From Planctomycetota bacterium (GTDB lineage: Bacteria; Planctomycetota; UBA1135; UBA2386), in contig OZ245006.1 in NCBI GenBank assembly GCA_965223545.1, forward strand, positions 7,648,001 to 7,712,000: DNA of 64,000 nucleotides, given 5' to 3'. Of the stretch, positions 52,946-63,044 are shown piece after piece. Numbering within the stretch: position 1 is the stretch's first letter; each line of letters begins with the position of its first letter. A model generated the notes under the pieces. The model did not search any database. It was not told the DNA's origin and worked only from the letters and a program-made list of their open reading frames with translations. Both the position numbers and the translations under genes were made by a program.

Positions 52946-53214
52946 GACGCGTCGGCGGTCGCTTTTCAACCGCTGGCCGCCATGGCGTCACCGGACGCTT
53001 ACTCTACAACAACCAGAGTGAGGTGGTGCGCGAGGCGCTGCGGTTGCTGGCCGAGCAGGACCGGCTGCGCGAGGCGCACCTCGAGAGGCTCAGGACGGCA
53101 CTGGCGGCGGGGCTCAAGGAAGCGGACCGCGGCGAGCTGCTGGACGGTCCGGAGGTCGTCGGCGAGATGCGCGAGTTCTTGCGGCAGCGCGGGAAGTCCG
53201 GGGAGAGGGGCTGA

Positions 53215-53403
53215 GTGGCCTACCGACTCAGCCCGCAAGCACGACAGGGATTCCAGAGCATGCTCGACTACGTGGATCGTGAGTTCGGCGTCCGCGTTGC
53301 CGGTCGCGTCCTCGACGAGTTGGAGGCGGCGTTCGAGAGCTTGGCTGAGAACCCGCGCATCGGGGACCGCCGCGAAGACCTCACTGCCGACGATGAGATA
53401 CGG
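53215..53403 (+). pseudogene. parE: ParE/RelE toxin, C-terminally truncated
   Basis: MAYRLSPQARQG..LAENPRIGDRREDL..EIR then unrelated sequence; the usual H.I.Y...V.I.RV.H C-terminus is absent. Confidence 0.75.
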
Positions 53404-53581
53404 CTCGCCGCTCGGCATCCGCATTCAGCTGCGCCGGCCACGTTCACATCGAAGACTACACGACTATTGGTGGGATTGAGCACCAATTCCGACCAGCCGT
53501 TCTCAAACGGCGGCGTGCCGGACATCGGGCTCGAGTGCGCCGGCAAAGGTGGGGGTGGGCGACGAGGTGGTGGCGCTCGGC

Positions 53582-53870
53582 GAGCGCGCTGCCGCGACGG
53601 CGTGTGGTAGCTGCGTCCGGCCGAGTCGGAGCGGGCGCAGCGCGAGGAACAAGCCACGACCGCTGCGGATATGCTGCGTAACATGGGGCTGGCTCGCCCC
53701 GCGGCGACACGTAGCACGTCGCGTGGACCGAGTCGTCACCGGACGCGGCCCGGGCCGACTCGGTCTCTCGCTTCTGTCACTGGGATAATCCGGTCACCGA
53801 TATCGCATCTTCAGTTTGCTGCACCGGAAGAACGTGACAGTGGTCCACCTGGGCTACGTGACCGCTGACA
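53582..53870 (+). mobile_element. Diverged orphan right end of the Mu-like transposon
   Basis: Colinear with 35282-35562, ending in ctacgtgaccgctgaca, with many substitutions. Confidence 0.85.
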
Positions 53871-54130
53871 TCTACCAACAGGTGGGTTTGGTGCTGGGCG
53901 AGGCCAACCGCATCCAAGGCCTCGGCGACATCGCGCTGGCGGGGTCGGGGCGCGACGCCGCGCCGGGGGGCCCACGAAGAGGCACTAACGCTCTACGAGC
54001 GAATCCCGGAGCCCTGCAGACGAATGCACGAAAGCACGAGCGATCCGCGGTGTCCGCGTGGTGTGCCATTGGCCGCGAGGATCTGATCCAGCAATACGGC
54101 TTGACCGACTGCGGAGAGGGAGCTGATTGA
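53871..54130 (+). pseudogene. TPR-repeat protein C-terminal remnant
   Basis: YQQVGLVLGEANRIQGLGDIAL, then HEEALTLYERI in a shifted frame. Confidence 0.5.
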
Positions 54131-54186
54131 CCGGTCGTCTGTGGCGCTTCGTCATCGCGAGGAGCGTCGACGACGTCCGCGCCCGC

Positions 54187-54438
54187 CTACTCCGCCCGGC
54201 GCACGAAGCTCGCGAGCAACAGCAAGACCACCGCACCCAACAACGCCGTAAAGATCGCGCCGACGATGCCCTCGCCGAGGTGTAGGCCGAGCTGGCCGCA
54301 GAGCCAGCCGCCGACGATGCCGCCGAGGATGCCGACGATGATGTTGCCGAGGAGGCCGAAGCCGCGGCCCTTCATCAGTTGGCCGGCCAGCCAACCGGCG
54401 ACGGCGCCGACGAGGAGGAAGACGATCCAGTGTTCCAT
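54187..54438 (-). CDS. GlsB/YeaQ/YmgE small membrane protein
   Basis: GAVAGWLAG.LM..GFGLLGNIIVGILG..VGG. Confidence 0.88.
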   Translation of the reverse strand: MEHWIVFLLVGAVAGWLAGQLMKGRGFGLLGNIIVGILGGIVGGWLCGQLGLHLGEGIVGAIFTALLGAVVLLLLASFVRRAE

Positions 54439-54548
54439 GCCGGCAGTCGATCCGGCCGGAGCCGCCGTGGCCATCGGGAAACCCCGGATTTGGCCGGCGG
54501 GGAATGCCCTCGGCAGGCGGTGCAGCCTCCCGGGCGTGGGGGAGCGCC

Positions 54549-55979
54549 TCAGAGGTCGCCGAGCACGGCGATCGCGAACACCGGTGGCAGCAGCGCGCGC
54601 AGCGCCGCCGGCTCCCGCTCTCGGTCGCGCAGGCGCCAGGCGCGCAGCAGGCGCGCGCGTTCCCCCGCCCCGAGGCGTTCGTCCTGCAACGCCGCCACCA
54701 GCCGCGCGCCGCCCTGTGGGTGCCGGGCGCGCAACAGCGCTTCGATGCGCACCGCCTGCAGTCTGCGGTCGCTCGCCGTCGCCGGGGCGTCGAGGTCGGT
54801 GGGCAGGGCCGTGCGCGGCGCGAGCAGGGCCAGCCCGGCGGCGGCGCGGGTCAGGCTGTGGCTCTCCTCGAGCTCCAAGAACAGCTCTTGCAGGGTGATC
54901 ACGGCCTCGCGGTCGCCGGTGCGCGCGGCCAGCGCGGCCGCTGCGCTGCGCACCGCGCCGCTGTTGCGCCGGTCGCGCGCGACCTGCAGGCAGGCATCGG
55001 AGAGATCGGTTGGCAGGGCGCGGCCGCGGTCATGCGCCGCCAGCATTGCCTGCTGCACGCGCTCGGTGGGATGCTGTAGGGCGCGCAGCAGCAGGTCGCG
55101 GCGCGCCACCTGGGCGCCGAACGCGCGCACCGCGGCGACCGCCGCCGCCACCTCGACCGGCGCAGTGCTCTTCAGCGCGTGCTGCGCTGCGACCAGCGCA
55201 GCCGGCGCCCGCGCCGCGGTCAGCGCGCGCAGCGCGGTGCCGCGCACCTCCGGACTCGGATCGTCGGTGGCGAGCGCCAACACCAGCGGCGCGACCTCGG
55301 CGGTCAGCGCCTGCGGGCGCCGGAGCACCGCCTCCAGAGCGCCGAGGCGGTCGTGCTCGGCCTCGGCGCGCAGCCACTGGCGGAGGTCGAGCGCCCGCCC
55401 GTCGCAGGCGGCCCACGCGCGCAGGGTCAGCCGGCGCAGCAGGGGATCGCGATAGCTCTTGTCGCCGAGCAGCCGCTCCAACGCCGGTGCCCGGCTGGCG
55501 TCGCCGCGGCGCGCGATGCCGTGCAGCAGGGCGGCCAGCGGCTCCCGGTGCCGCCGATGGCCACCGCCGCTGATCCGCCGCAGAAAGCCGTCGACGGCGC
55601 GGGCGCCGCGATCGTCGGGCAGGATCGCGAGGGCGTAGGCGGCGGCCGCGCGCCGCGCGACCGAGTGCCCCGGGCGCAGCAGCACGTCGCCCAGCAGCGA
55701 TTCCGCGCCGGCCGTGCCGAGCTCGCCGAGGGCGACCAGCGCCCGCACCGCCGCCTGCGGGTCGCGGTGGCGGGCCAGCGCGAGTAGGCGGGGATAGTGG
55801 CGGGAGTCGCCGCTCACCGCCAGCGCCAGGGCGGCCTCGCCGCGCACCTCGCCGTCGTCGTGGGCCAGCATCGCCGCGATCGAGGCCTCGACCGGCGGCG
55901 CCGCGTCCTGCGCCACCACTCCTGCGGCGACCACCACGCCGGTCACGAGCCGGACGAGTCGGTGTGCGCAGGCGCTCAT
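54549..55979 (-). CDS. Exported HEAT-repeat protein
   Basis: Signal-like N-terminus; VRGEAALAL and DPSPEVRGTALRAL repeats. Confidence 0.65.
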   Translation of the reverse strand: MSACAHRLVRLVTGVVVAAGVVAQDAAPPVEASIAAMLAHDDGEVRGEAALALAVSGDSRHYPRLLALARHRDPQAAVRALVALGELGTAGAESLLGDVLLRPGHSVARRAAAAYALAILPDDRGARAVDGFLRRISGGGHRRHREPLAALLHGIARRGDASRAPALERLLGDKSYRDPLLRRLTLRAWAACDGRALDLRQWLRAEAEHDRLGALEAVLRRPQALTAEVAPLVLALATDDPSPEVRGTALRALTAARAPAALVAAQHALKSTAPVEVAAAVAAVRAFGAQVARRDLLLRALQHPTERVQQAMLAAHDRGRALPTDLSDACLQVARDRRNSGAVRSAAAALAARTGDREAVITLQELFLELEESHSLTRAAAGLALLAPRTALPTDLDAPATASDRRLQAVRIEALLRARHPQGGARLVAALQDERLGAGERARLLRAWRLRDREREPAALRALLPPVFAIAVLGDL

Positions 55980-56195
55980 GGCTGTGCGTTCTTGCCCATG
56001 GATTCGTCGTCGGATTCCCGCACCCGATGGCGGCGGCGTGGTGCCCCCCCCATGGGAGCTTGGGAAAGTCTACCGGACCGGCGGCGCGAACGTCGCTGTC
56101 ACCGCCCGGCCGAGGCCCCCGCAAAGGGGTGTCGCGTGCGATGCAAAGGCCATTCCATGCGACGCGCGGCCGGCCGATGATGTTCCGACGTCGCG

Positions 56196-57365
56196 ATGAA
56201 GATCGGCTACTTGGACTGCTGTGCCGGCGTCGCCGGTGACATGTGGGTCGGCGCCCTGCTGGACGCGGGGCTGCCGTTCGCCGCCGTCGAGCGCACGGTC
56301 GCGGCGCTGCCGCTGCCCGGAGTGAGCGTGCGGCAGCACCGCGTGCTGCGCGCGGGCCTCGGCGCGGTCCAGTTCGAGGTGTGCCGCGCGCCGGGGCCAC
56401 GACCGCACCGTCATTTGGCCGACATCGTCGCCATTCTCGAACGCGCCGCGATTCCCGCCCGTGTCCGGCAGCGCGCCGTGCAGGTGTTCACCGTGCTGGC
56501 CGAGGCCGAGGCCACCGTGCACCGGACCTCGGTGGACGCGGTGCACTTCCACGAGGTCGGCGCCGAGGACACCATCGTCGATGTGGTCTGCGCCTGCGCC
56601 GGCATCGAGGAGCTCGGCCTCGAGCGGCTCTATGCCTCGCCGGTCGCGGTCGGCAGCGGAGTGGTGCACTGCGAGCACGGCACCCTGCCGGTGCCGGCGC
56701 CGGCGACGGCCGCGCTGTTGACCGGGGTGCCGGTGGTGGCCGGCAGCGTGGCGGGCGAAGCCACCACGCCGACCGGCGCCGCGCTGCTCAAAGTGTGGGT
56801 GGCCGAGTTCGCCCCGGCGCTCACGTGGGTCCCCGAGCGCTCGGGCTACGGCGCCGGCGAACGCGATCCAGACGCACTCCCCAACGTGCTGCGGCTCACG
56901 GTGGGCCACACCGCCGCCGCCCCCGCGCACGCGGTGGAGACCGTGCTCGAGCTGCAGTGCACGCTCGACACCGCCTCCGGCGAGCAGCTCGCCTACCTGA
57001 TCGACGGCGCGCTCGCGCGCGGCGCGGTCGACGCCCACGTGCAGGCCGTGCACATGAAGAAGGGGCGGCCGGGCCAGCTGCTGTCGGTGCTCTGTCCGCC
57101 CGCGCAGCGCGATGCGCTGCTCGAGTTCCTGCTCGAGGAGTCGACCAGCTTGGGGGTCCGTTGGCGTTCTCTGCAGCGCGCGGTGCTCGAGCGCTGGGGC
57201 GAGGCCGTCGACACCGAGTGGGGTGTCGTGCGCTACAAGGTGTGGCGCGCGCCCGGCGGCGACGTGCTGCGCCGGCCGGAAGAGGACGAGGTCCGCCGTC
57301 TGTTGGTCGAGACCGGGTTGTCGCGGCGGGCGTTGCTGTCGCGGCTGCCGGGCGACAAGCCCTGA
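56196..57365 (+). CDS. larC: Nickel-pincer cofactor biosynthesis protein LarC
   Basis: GVAGDM, HFHEVG..DTIVD, HGTLPVPAPAT, TPTGAA, MKKGRPG. Confidence 0.92.
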   Translation: MKIGYLDCCAGVAGDMWVGALLDAGLPFAAVERTVAALPLPGVSVRQHRVLRAGLGAVQFEVCRAPGPRPHRHLADIVAILERAAIPARVRQRAVQVFTVLAEAEATVHRTSVDAVHFHEVGAEDTIVDVVCACAGIEELGLERLYASPVAVGSGVVHCEHGTLPVPAPATAALLTGVPVVAGSVAGEATTPTGAALLKVWVAEFAPALTWVPERSGYGAGERDPDALPNVLRLTVGHTAAAPAHAVETVLELQCTLDTASGEQLAYLIDGALARGAVDAHVQAVHMKKGRPGQLLSVLCPPAQRDALLEFLLEESTSLGVRWRSLQRAVLERWGEAVDTEWGVVRYKVWRAPGGDVLRRPEEDEVRRLLVETGLSRRALLSRLPGDKP

Positions 57366-57383
57366 GGCCTCAATCCCGGCCTC

Positions 57384-58829
57384 TCAGAACTCCTTGCGCC
57401 GGCTGGAGGAGGCGATGCTCAGCGCCTTGCGGTACTTGGTCACCGTGCGCCGGGCGATGTGGATGCCGTGCTGGCCGAGCTCCTCGACCAGCTGATCGTC
57501 CGACATCGGCTTGGTCTTGTCCTCGGCGTCGACGATCTCCCGCAGCTTCTGTTTGATCGCCTGTTGGCTGACCATCTCGCCGCTGTCGGTCACCGTGCCG
57601 CCGGAGAAGAAGCGCTTCATCTCGAAGATGCCCTGCGGCGTCTGGATGAACTTGCCCGAGATCGCGCGGCTCACCGTCGAGATGTGCACGCCGACGGCGT
57701 CCGCCACCTCCTGCATCTTCATCGGCTTGAGGTGTTGGATGCCGTGGCGGAGGAACTCGGCCTGGCGGTCGACCACCTCGCGCGCGATGCGCTGGATCGT
57801 GTTCTGCCGCTGGTGCACGGCCTCGATGAACCACTTGGCGGCGTCGATCTTGCGCCGCAGGTACTCGTAGACCTTGGGGTCTTCGCGCGCCTCCTTGAGC
57901 AGCTTGCGGTAGACCGGCGAGAGCGACAGCTCGGGGATCGAACCGCGCTCGGTGCGCACTTCGAAGCGACCCTCGACCTCGTCGACGGTGACGTCGGGCA
58001 CCACGGTGGCGTTGCGGATCGGGGTGAAGTCCCTTCCGGGGTGCGGGTTGAGGTGGTGTCTGAGGAACTCCCAGCTCTCCTTGATCTCCTCCATGGTCGC
58101 GCCGGTGGCGCGCGCGATCTTCGGCAGCCGGTTCATCGCCAGGTCGTCGAGGTGGTCGCCGACCAGGCGGACGGTGAGCGGGCGGGTGTAGCTGAGCCGT
58201 TCGAGCTGCAGCAGCAGGCAGTCGCGCAGGTCGGCGGCGCCGACACCGGCCGGGTCCAGGTCGCGCAGCAGCGCGATGGCCTCCTCGGCCAGCGGCAGCG
58301 GCACGACCAGATCGGCGGCGACCTGCTCGGCGGTCTCCTGCAGGCGCCCGTCATCGTCGAGGCTGTAGACGAGGTGCTCGATGACGCGAAACAGGGCGTC
58401 GGAGACTTCCATCATCCGCACCTGCTCGAGCAGGTGCTCGGCCAGCGAGCTGTGCGGGCCCGGCGTGTTGTTGAGGACCTCGATCTTGCGGTCGCCGTCC
58501 TCGCCGTACTCGCGCGCCGGCCGCGAGCCGCGGTCGGCGCGCGCCTCGAGCTGCTCGAGCTCGCTCGCGTACTGATTCTGCAGCTTCTCCTCGAGGGAGA
58601 GCGACGACTCGCCGTCCGCCTCGCCGCGTTCCGGTTCGCTCCGATCGTCGCGCTCGCGCTCGCCCTCGCTCAGCTCGAGGAAGACGTTCTCCTGCAGCTC
58701 GGTCTCGATCTGATCCTGCAGCTCCATCATCGGGCACTGCAGGATCTGCATCGCCTGGATCATCTGCGGCGACTGGACCAGCCGCTGCTCGGTTCTCAGG
58801 CTCTGGTTCAGACCTAGGCGCATCGACAT
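57384..58829 (-). CDS. rpoN: RNA polymerase sigma-54 factor
   Basis: Q-rich region I, DPAGVGA.DLRDCL, HISTVSRA, RpoN box ARRTVTKYR. Confidence 0.96.
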   Translation of the reverse strand: MSMRLGLNQSLRTEQRLVQSPQMIQAMQILQCPMMELQDQIETELQENVFLELSEGERERDDRSEPERGEADGESSLSLEEKLQNQYASELEQLEARADRGSRPAREYGEDGDRKIEVLNNTPGPHSSLAEHLLEQVRMMEVSDALFRVIEHLVYSLDDDGRLQETAEQVAADLVVPLPLAEEAIALLRDLDPAGVGAADLRDCLLLQLERLSYTRPLTVRLVGDHLDDLAMNRLPKIARATGATMEEIKESWEFLRHHLNPHPGRDFTPIRNATVVPDVTVDEVEGRFEVRTERGSIPELSLSPVYRKLLKEAREDPKVYEYLRRKIDAAKWFIEAVHQRQNTIQRIAREVVDRQAEFLRHGIQHLKPMKMQEVADAVGVHISTVSRAISGKFIQTPQGIFEMKRFFSGGTVTDSGEMVSQQAIKQKLREIVDAEDKTKPMSDDQLVEELGQHGIHIARRTVTKYRKALSIASSSRRKEF

Positions 58830-58920
58830 CGGGGACTCGCGTGGTTGCGGACCACCGCGAGTATACCGGCGCCACGGTTGGACACCTGCTGGCAACCGGC
58901 ATCCCCGTGCCGGAGTCTGG

Positions 58921-60675
58921 TCAGCGCATGTCGACGCGGACCGACTGGCGGGCGCGATAGGTCTGCGCGCCGATCTGCACCAGCGGTCCATCGCCCAACG
59001 ACAGCGGCTGGTTGTTGGCCAGGGGGCCGGTGTGCCCCAGGTTGGCGGTGTGCTCGGCCGACAGGTAGAGGTCGCCGCCGGTCTTGGCCTCGGTGGCGTG
59101 CCGCTTTGGTGGCGACGAGTAGGTCAGGTCGACGCGCAGCTCGGCGGCGGGTCCGCTGGCCGTGGGGTAGACCATCATCGTGTTCTGCGTGCCCGAGAAC
59201 ACCGGCATCACGATCGGGTTGGCGACCGCCGACTTCTGCGCGATCTCGACGTCGAAGTCGCGCACCTGCGTGGTCTCATGACCGCGCACCACCGCGTGCT
59301 GGCGCTCGATGAGCATCGGCAGCGTGATTTCGTGCAGCGTCGCCGGCAGGCTGTCGGCCGCGCCCTGCGCTGCCGTGGCGAACGCGGCCGCGGCGTGCGC
59401 CGGCACCAGCGCGGTGTGCAGGCGGACGCGGGCGGTGCGCAGCTGGCGGTCCTGCATGGCGGCCAGCAGCTGGGCGGCGTCGCGCTGCACGTCGGCGCCG
59501 GCGCGCAGCAGCAAGAAGTTGCCGGTGAGGCGCAGGCCGTCGTGGTCTTCGAGCTGCAGCAGGCTGCGCACTTGGTCTTCGAGAGACGACTCGTCGAGCC
59601 GATCCTCCGCGCCCCAGTCCTCGGCGGCGACCATGCTCTCGGGCTGGTCGTAGTCTTCGCGTACCTTGAGCACGCGCGCGGTCAGGGCGTCCGTCAGCAT
59701 CGCCGACACCGGCAGCACTGCCGTGCCGCCGCCAGCGGGCGGCGCGTCGGCGGACGCCGACAGCGCCAGAACGAAGCGCGAGCCGGCTTCGGGCGCGCCG
59801 CGCACGGTGACCAGCAGGGCGCCGCCGTTGGGGATCCGGCCGGAGAACGCACCCGACGTCGTGTTCACGTGGGGCACGTGGAGCGACGGCATGTCGTCGA
59901 CGCCGATGTTGCGGGTCTCGATCGGCCCGCGCAGCTCGCCGACGCAGAACTGGGCGAACACCGCCAGCTCCTCGGTGCCGATCAGCGCGTGCGGCTCGAC
60001 CGTGAGCTGGACTCCCTCGAGCAGCGAGCGCGTCTTGGGGTCGCCGATGTTGGAGGACTGCGCCACCTCGACGTCGTAGTCGTAGACGTAGCCCGTCGCC
60101 CGCGTGTTGTGCAGGGCGGCCGCGTTGCCGGACACGCAGGTCGAGCGGCCACTCCAGAGCTCGGGCAGCCCGGCGGTCACGGCGGCGAACTGCTCGGCGG
60201 TGGCGACGATCGGAACCTCGCGTTCGTCTTCGATCCCGTACAGCGTCGCTCGTAGGCGGACGTGCCGGACCATCGCGGATGCGATCCGCTGCAGCTCGCG
60301 TTCGACCTCGGCGACGCGGTCGCGGGGACCGGTGAGCCGCAGGGTCATGCCTTGCAAGGACACGGTCATGGTCTCGTCATCGAACTCCTCGGGGGCTTGC
60401 TCGTAGGCGATGTCCGTGATGAAGTCGGGGTCGATCAGCCGTTCGTTCTCTTCGCGTAGACCCAGCAGGTCGGTGGTCTGGTCGCGGAAGCCGAGCAGCG
60501 AACCCAGCCGTGGCGGGGGCACCGCGTCGGCCACGCCGAGCCAGTCGCGGATCGGGATGTCGCGCACCACGCGCGCGGGGTTCGGGTCGGCCTGCGGCAG
60601 CAGGTTGGCGAGGGTCATGCAGGTGGTGACTAGTAGGCTCATGGCAGTCGTCGGTCGGTACGGAGTCCTGGCCAT
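58921..60675 (-). CDS. Hypothetical exported protein with duplicated secretin-like module
   Basis: Internal repeat YVYDYDVEVAQSSNIGDP / QVRDFDVEIAQKSAVANP; start may be 60642. Confidence 0.55.
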   Translation of the reverse strand: MARTPYRPTTAMSLLVTTCMTLANLLPQADPNPARVVRDIPIRDWLGVADAVPPPRLGSLLGFRDQTTDLLGLREENERLIDPDFITDIAYEQAPEEFDDETMTVSLQGMTLRLTGPRDRVAEVERELQRIASAMVRHVRLRATLYGIEDEREVPIVATAEQFAAVTAGLPELWSGRSTCVSGNAAALHNTRATGYVYDYDVEVAQSSNIGDPKTRSLLEGVQLTVEPHALIGTEELAVFAQFCVGELRGPIETRNIGVDDMPSLHVPHVNTTSGAFSGRIPNGGALLVTVRGAPEAGSRFVLALSASADAPPAGGGTAVLPVSAMLTDALTARVLKVREDYDQPESMVAAEDWGAEDRLDESSLEDQVRSLLQLEDHDGLRLTGNFLLLRAGADVQRDAAQLLAAMQDRQLRTARVRLHTALVPAHAAAAFATAAQGAADSLPATLHEITLPMLIERQHAVVRGHETTQVRDFDVEIAQKSAVANPIVMPVFSGTQNTMMVYPTASGPAAELRVDLTYSSPPKRHATEAKTGGDLYLSAEHTANLGHTGPLANNQPLSLGDGPLVQIGAQTYRARQSVRVDMR

Positions 60676-60725
60676 TGGGCGACACAGGACGGTGAGTTGG
60701 TCGGGTGGCCGGGTCGGCCGGGGCG

Positions 60726-62312
60726 TCAGCGCTCCGGTTGGCTTCCCCGCCGAAACAGGGCCGCGGCGATCGGCAGCTGGTGCCGGTCGAAACCGCCTGC
60801 GGCGAGAAACGCGCGCTCTTCGTCGGTGGCGTCGAGGGCGTGGATGCGGCGCTGCACCCCGTCGGCGCGGCTGCTGGCCAGCGCCGCCAACAGCAGCTCG
60901 GGGCGTCGGCCGCGGCGCAGCTCGACGAGCAGCGCGCGCTCGATCTCATCGGCCGGCCGTCGGCCGAGGGCACAGGCGGCCAGCTGCGCCAGCTCCAATC
61001 GCGGGCCGAGCAGGGTCTGCACCAGGTAGCGGAGGCTCGCGGGTGTCTGGCGGCGGGCACCCAGCGCGAGGATGCAGCGGTGCTGCTCGCCGGCATGGCG
61101 GGAGGCGCGCGCCAGATCGACGAGCGTGGTCGTGGCCGGCGCCGGCAGGGGGCCGAACCAGCGCTCGGCGCGATCCGCCGCGCGCGGCGCGTCCGGTGCG
61201 ACGAGGCCGCGGGCCTGCACGGTGCCCCACAGCGACAGCAGCAGACGCACGCGGTCGGGGCGCCGCGCCGGCCGCTGCACGGCGGCGACCAACTGCTCGG
61301 TGGCGTCGGGGTCGTCGGTGGCGTCGTCGGCCAGCACGACATCCATGCGCGGGTCGCCGATCCAGGCGCAGACCGTGCGCAGCGCGGGATAGGGCCGGCG
61401 CTCGAGCGCGCGGCGCAGGCGGTTGCGCAGCTCGGGGCGGTGGCGGCAGTGCTCGAGCACGCGCTCGAGCACCGCGCCGTCGGGCAACCCGGCGACGTGC
61501 TCTGCCCAGCGCAGCGTGCCGCTGCTCGCGCCGTCGGCGTCCACCGCGCCCAGCGAGGCCGCGATCAGCGATGCCGCGCTCTCCTCGGCGGCGCGCCGTG
61601 TGGCATCGACCACCCGCAGGCCGAGACCGTGGCGCCGCAACAGGCCGGTGGCCTGCAGCGCGGCCAGAGCCGGGGGGCCGGCGTCGAACGAGGGATCCCG
61701 TCGGCTCTCGCTCCTGGAGCGCGCGGTCGCGTCGCGCTGCGTGCGCCGCGGTGGCAGGACGTGCTCGAAGCTGCCATAGCCGTCCACCGCGGCGGGAATG
61801 GGAATCTCGACGGCGGCTTCCGGTTCCGGTGGCGCGATCGCCACGACCGGTTCGGCCGGCGCCACCGCCATCGGCCCCGGCGCGTGCTCGGCCACGGTGG
61901 GGGTCTGCTGGGGGGGCTCCTGCGGCTCGTCCCCGCCACCCGCCCGCGGCAGCACCAACGCCGCGGCAAAGCCGGCGGCGACCAGGGCCGCGCGGCGCCA
62001 TGTGCGTCGCAGTGCAGGTCGGCGCCGCGGCGGCATGCTCTCCTGCGCCGCGACGGCGCCGGCGAGCAGCCGGTCGGCGGTGCGGCGATCGACCGGCACG
62101 GCCGCGCTGGTGGCGATCACCGCGTCCAGCCGGCGCGCCATCGCCAGCGCGCGCTGGCACTCCGGGCAGCTCTGCCGGTGACGGCTGAGCCCGTCACCGG
62201 GCGCCCCCGCCTCGCCGTCGAGAAAGTGCGCGATCACGAGATCGGTTTGCGGGCACGGGTGCCGCTCCGGCTCGGCCGGCGACGGGCCGTGGGGTGGTTG
62301 GCCGGTTGTCAT
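60726..62312 (-). CDS. Putative anti-sigma factor (zinc finger HxxxCxxC, TM helix, helical C-domain)
   Basis: HRQSCPEC, TM segment; ATGA overlap with the ECF sigma gene. Confidence 0.7.
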   Translation of the reverse strand: MTTGQPPHGPSPAEPERHPCPQTDLVIAHFLDGEAGAPGDGLSRHRQSCPECQRALAMARRLDAVIATSAAVPVDRRTADRLLAGAVAAQESMPPRRRPALRRTWRRAALVAAGFAAALVLPRAGGGDEPQEPPQQTPTVAEHAPGPMAVAPAEPVVAIAPPEPEAAVEIPIPAAVDGYGSFEHVLPPRRTQRDATARSRSESRRDPSFDAGPPALAALQATGLLRRHGLGLRVVDATRRAAEESAASLIAASLGAVDADGASSGTLRWAEHVAGLPDGAVLERVLEHCRHRPELRNRLRRALERRPYPALRTVCAWIGDPRMDVVLADDATDDPDATEQLVAAVQRPARRPDRVRLLLSLWGTVQARGLVAPDAPRAADRAERWFGPLPAPATTTLVDLARASRHAGEQHRCILALGARRQTPASLRYLVQTLLGPRLELAQLAACALGRRPADEIERALLVELRRGRRPELLLAALASSRADGVQRRIHALDATDEERAFLAAGGFDRHQLPIAAALFRRGSQPER

Positions 62313-62899
62313 GGCGCGAGGTGCCTCCCCATGCGGGTCATGATCCGCCGGCGCGCCTCGAGCACCAGCATGCGCGCGGCGCCGGTCGAGCACTGCAGTG
62401 CGCTGGCGATGGCCTCGTAGTCGAGTCCCTCGAACGCGCGCAGGTGCAGCGCGGTGCGCTGGCGCGCGGGCAGCCGTTCCATGGCCTCCTCGATGCGGTC
62501 GTGCAGCTCGCGCATCACCGCCGGCTCGTCCGGCGCGGCGCCGAGGTGGTCGGGCACTTCGATGTGCGCCAGCGGGGTGGCGCGGTCGCGCCGGCGCCAG
62601 CGCGCGGGCTCGCTGGCGAGGCGGACCTGGATGCGGAACAGCCAGGTGCGGAACGACGCTTCCCCGCGAAACTGACCGATGCCGCGGAGGGCCCGGACGA
62701 GGGTCTCCTGGGTGAGGTCTTCGCCCCACTGGTGGTCGCCGGTCAGCCGGCGGCCGAGGGCCAAGAGCGATCCCAGATGCGGCCGCAGCAGCTCTTGGAA
62801 CGCGGCCGTGTCTCCGGTCTGGCTGCGCTGCAACAGCGCCAGCTCGTCGTCGGAGGGCTCGGGAGAGTGCGGGCGGGTCTGTTTCAGGTCCAGTCTCAT
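62309..62899 (-). CDS. ECF RNA polymerase sigma factor
   Basis: GDTAAFQEL, EDLTQET, FRGEASFRTWLFRI, LPARQR..EGLDYEAIA. Confidence 0.9.
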   Translation of the reverse strand: MRLDLKQTRPHSPEPSDDELALLQRSQTGDTAAFQELLRPHLGSLLALGRRLTGDHQWGEDLTQETLVRALRGIGQFRGEASFRTWLFRIQVRLASEPARWRRRDRATPLAHIEVPDHLGAAPDEPAVMRELHDRIEEAMERLPARQRTALHLRAFEGLDYEAIASALQCSTGAARMLVLEARRRIMTRMGRHLAP

Positions 62900-63044
62900 G
62901 GTTGCAGACGACCGGCGCGGCCGCCGCACGGCCGCTCGACGGAGGTGCAGACCCCCGCGACGGCGGCCCCGTCAGGTGGATTTTGCCGTACTCCTCGCTC
63001 GCGCGCCGCGGCCGCGATGGACGAACGCAACCCCGGCGCGCGGT

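Larger units (their letters stand above)
50595..53002 (+). mobile_element. IS66 type B copy 2 (2408 bp)
   Basis: Same IRs as copy 1; TSD TCTACAAC at 50587-50594 and 53003-53010; a few substitutions relative to 36981-39388. Confidence 0.95.
50526..53214 (+). pseudogene. parD: ParD-like (RHH) antitoxin interrupted by IS66 type B
   Basis: MNVNLTPELDELVQKKVASGLYN|NQSEVVREALRLL... is restored when the IS and one TSD are removed. Confidence 0.88.

Noticed and set aside
53404..53581. Short frame AGHVHIEDYTTIGG resembling an LpxA hexapeptide segment
   Set aside because: Too short, with no start or continuation; cannot be supported
29312..53870. One 24.5-kb cargo transposon from the left end to the distal right end, carrying the defence operon
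   Set aside because: Flanks CTTGC and TCTAC do not form a TSD, and the distal end is a diverged relative
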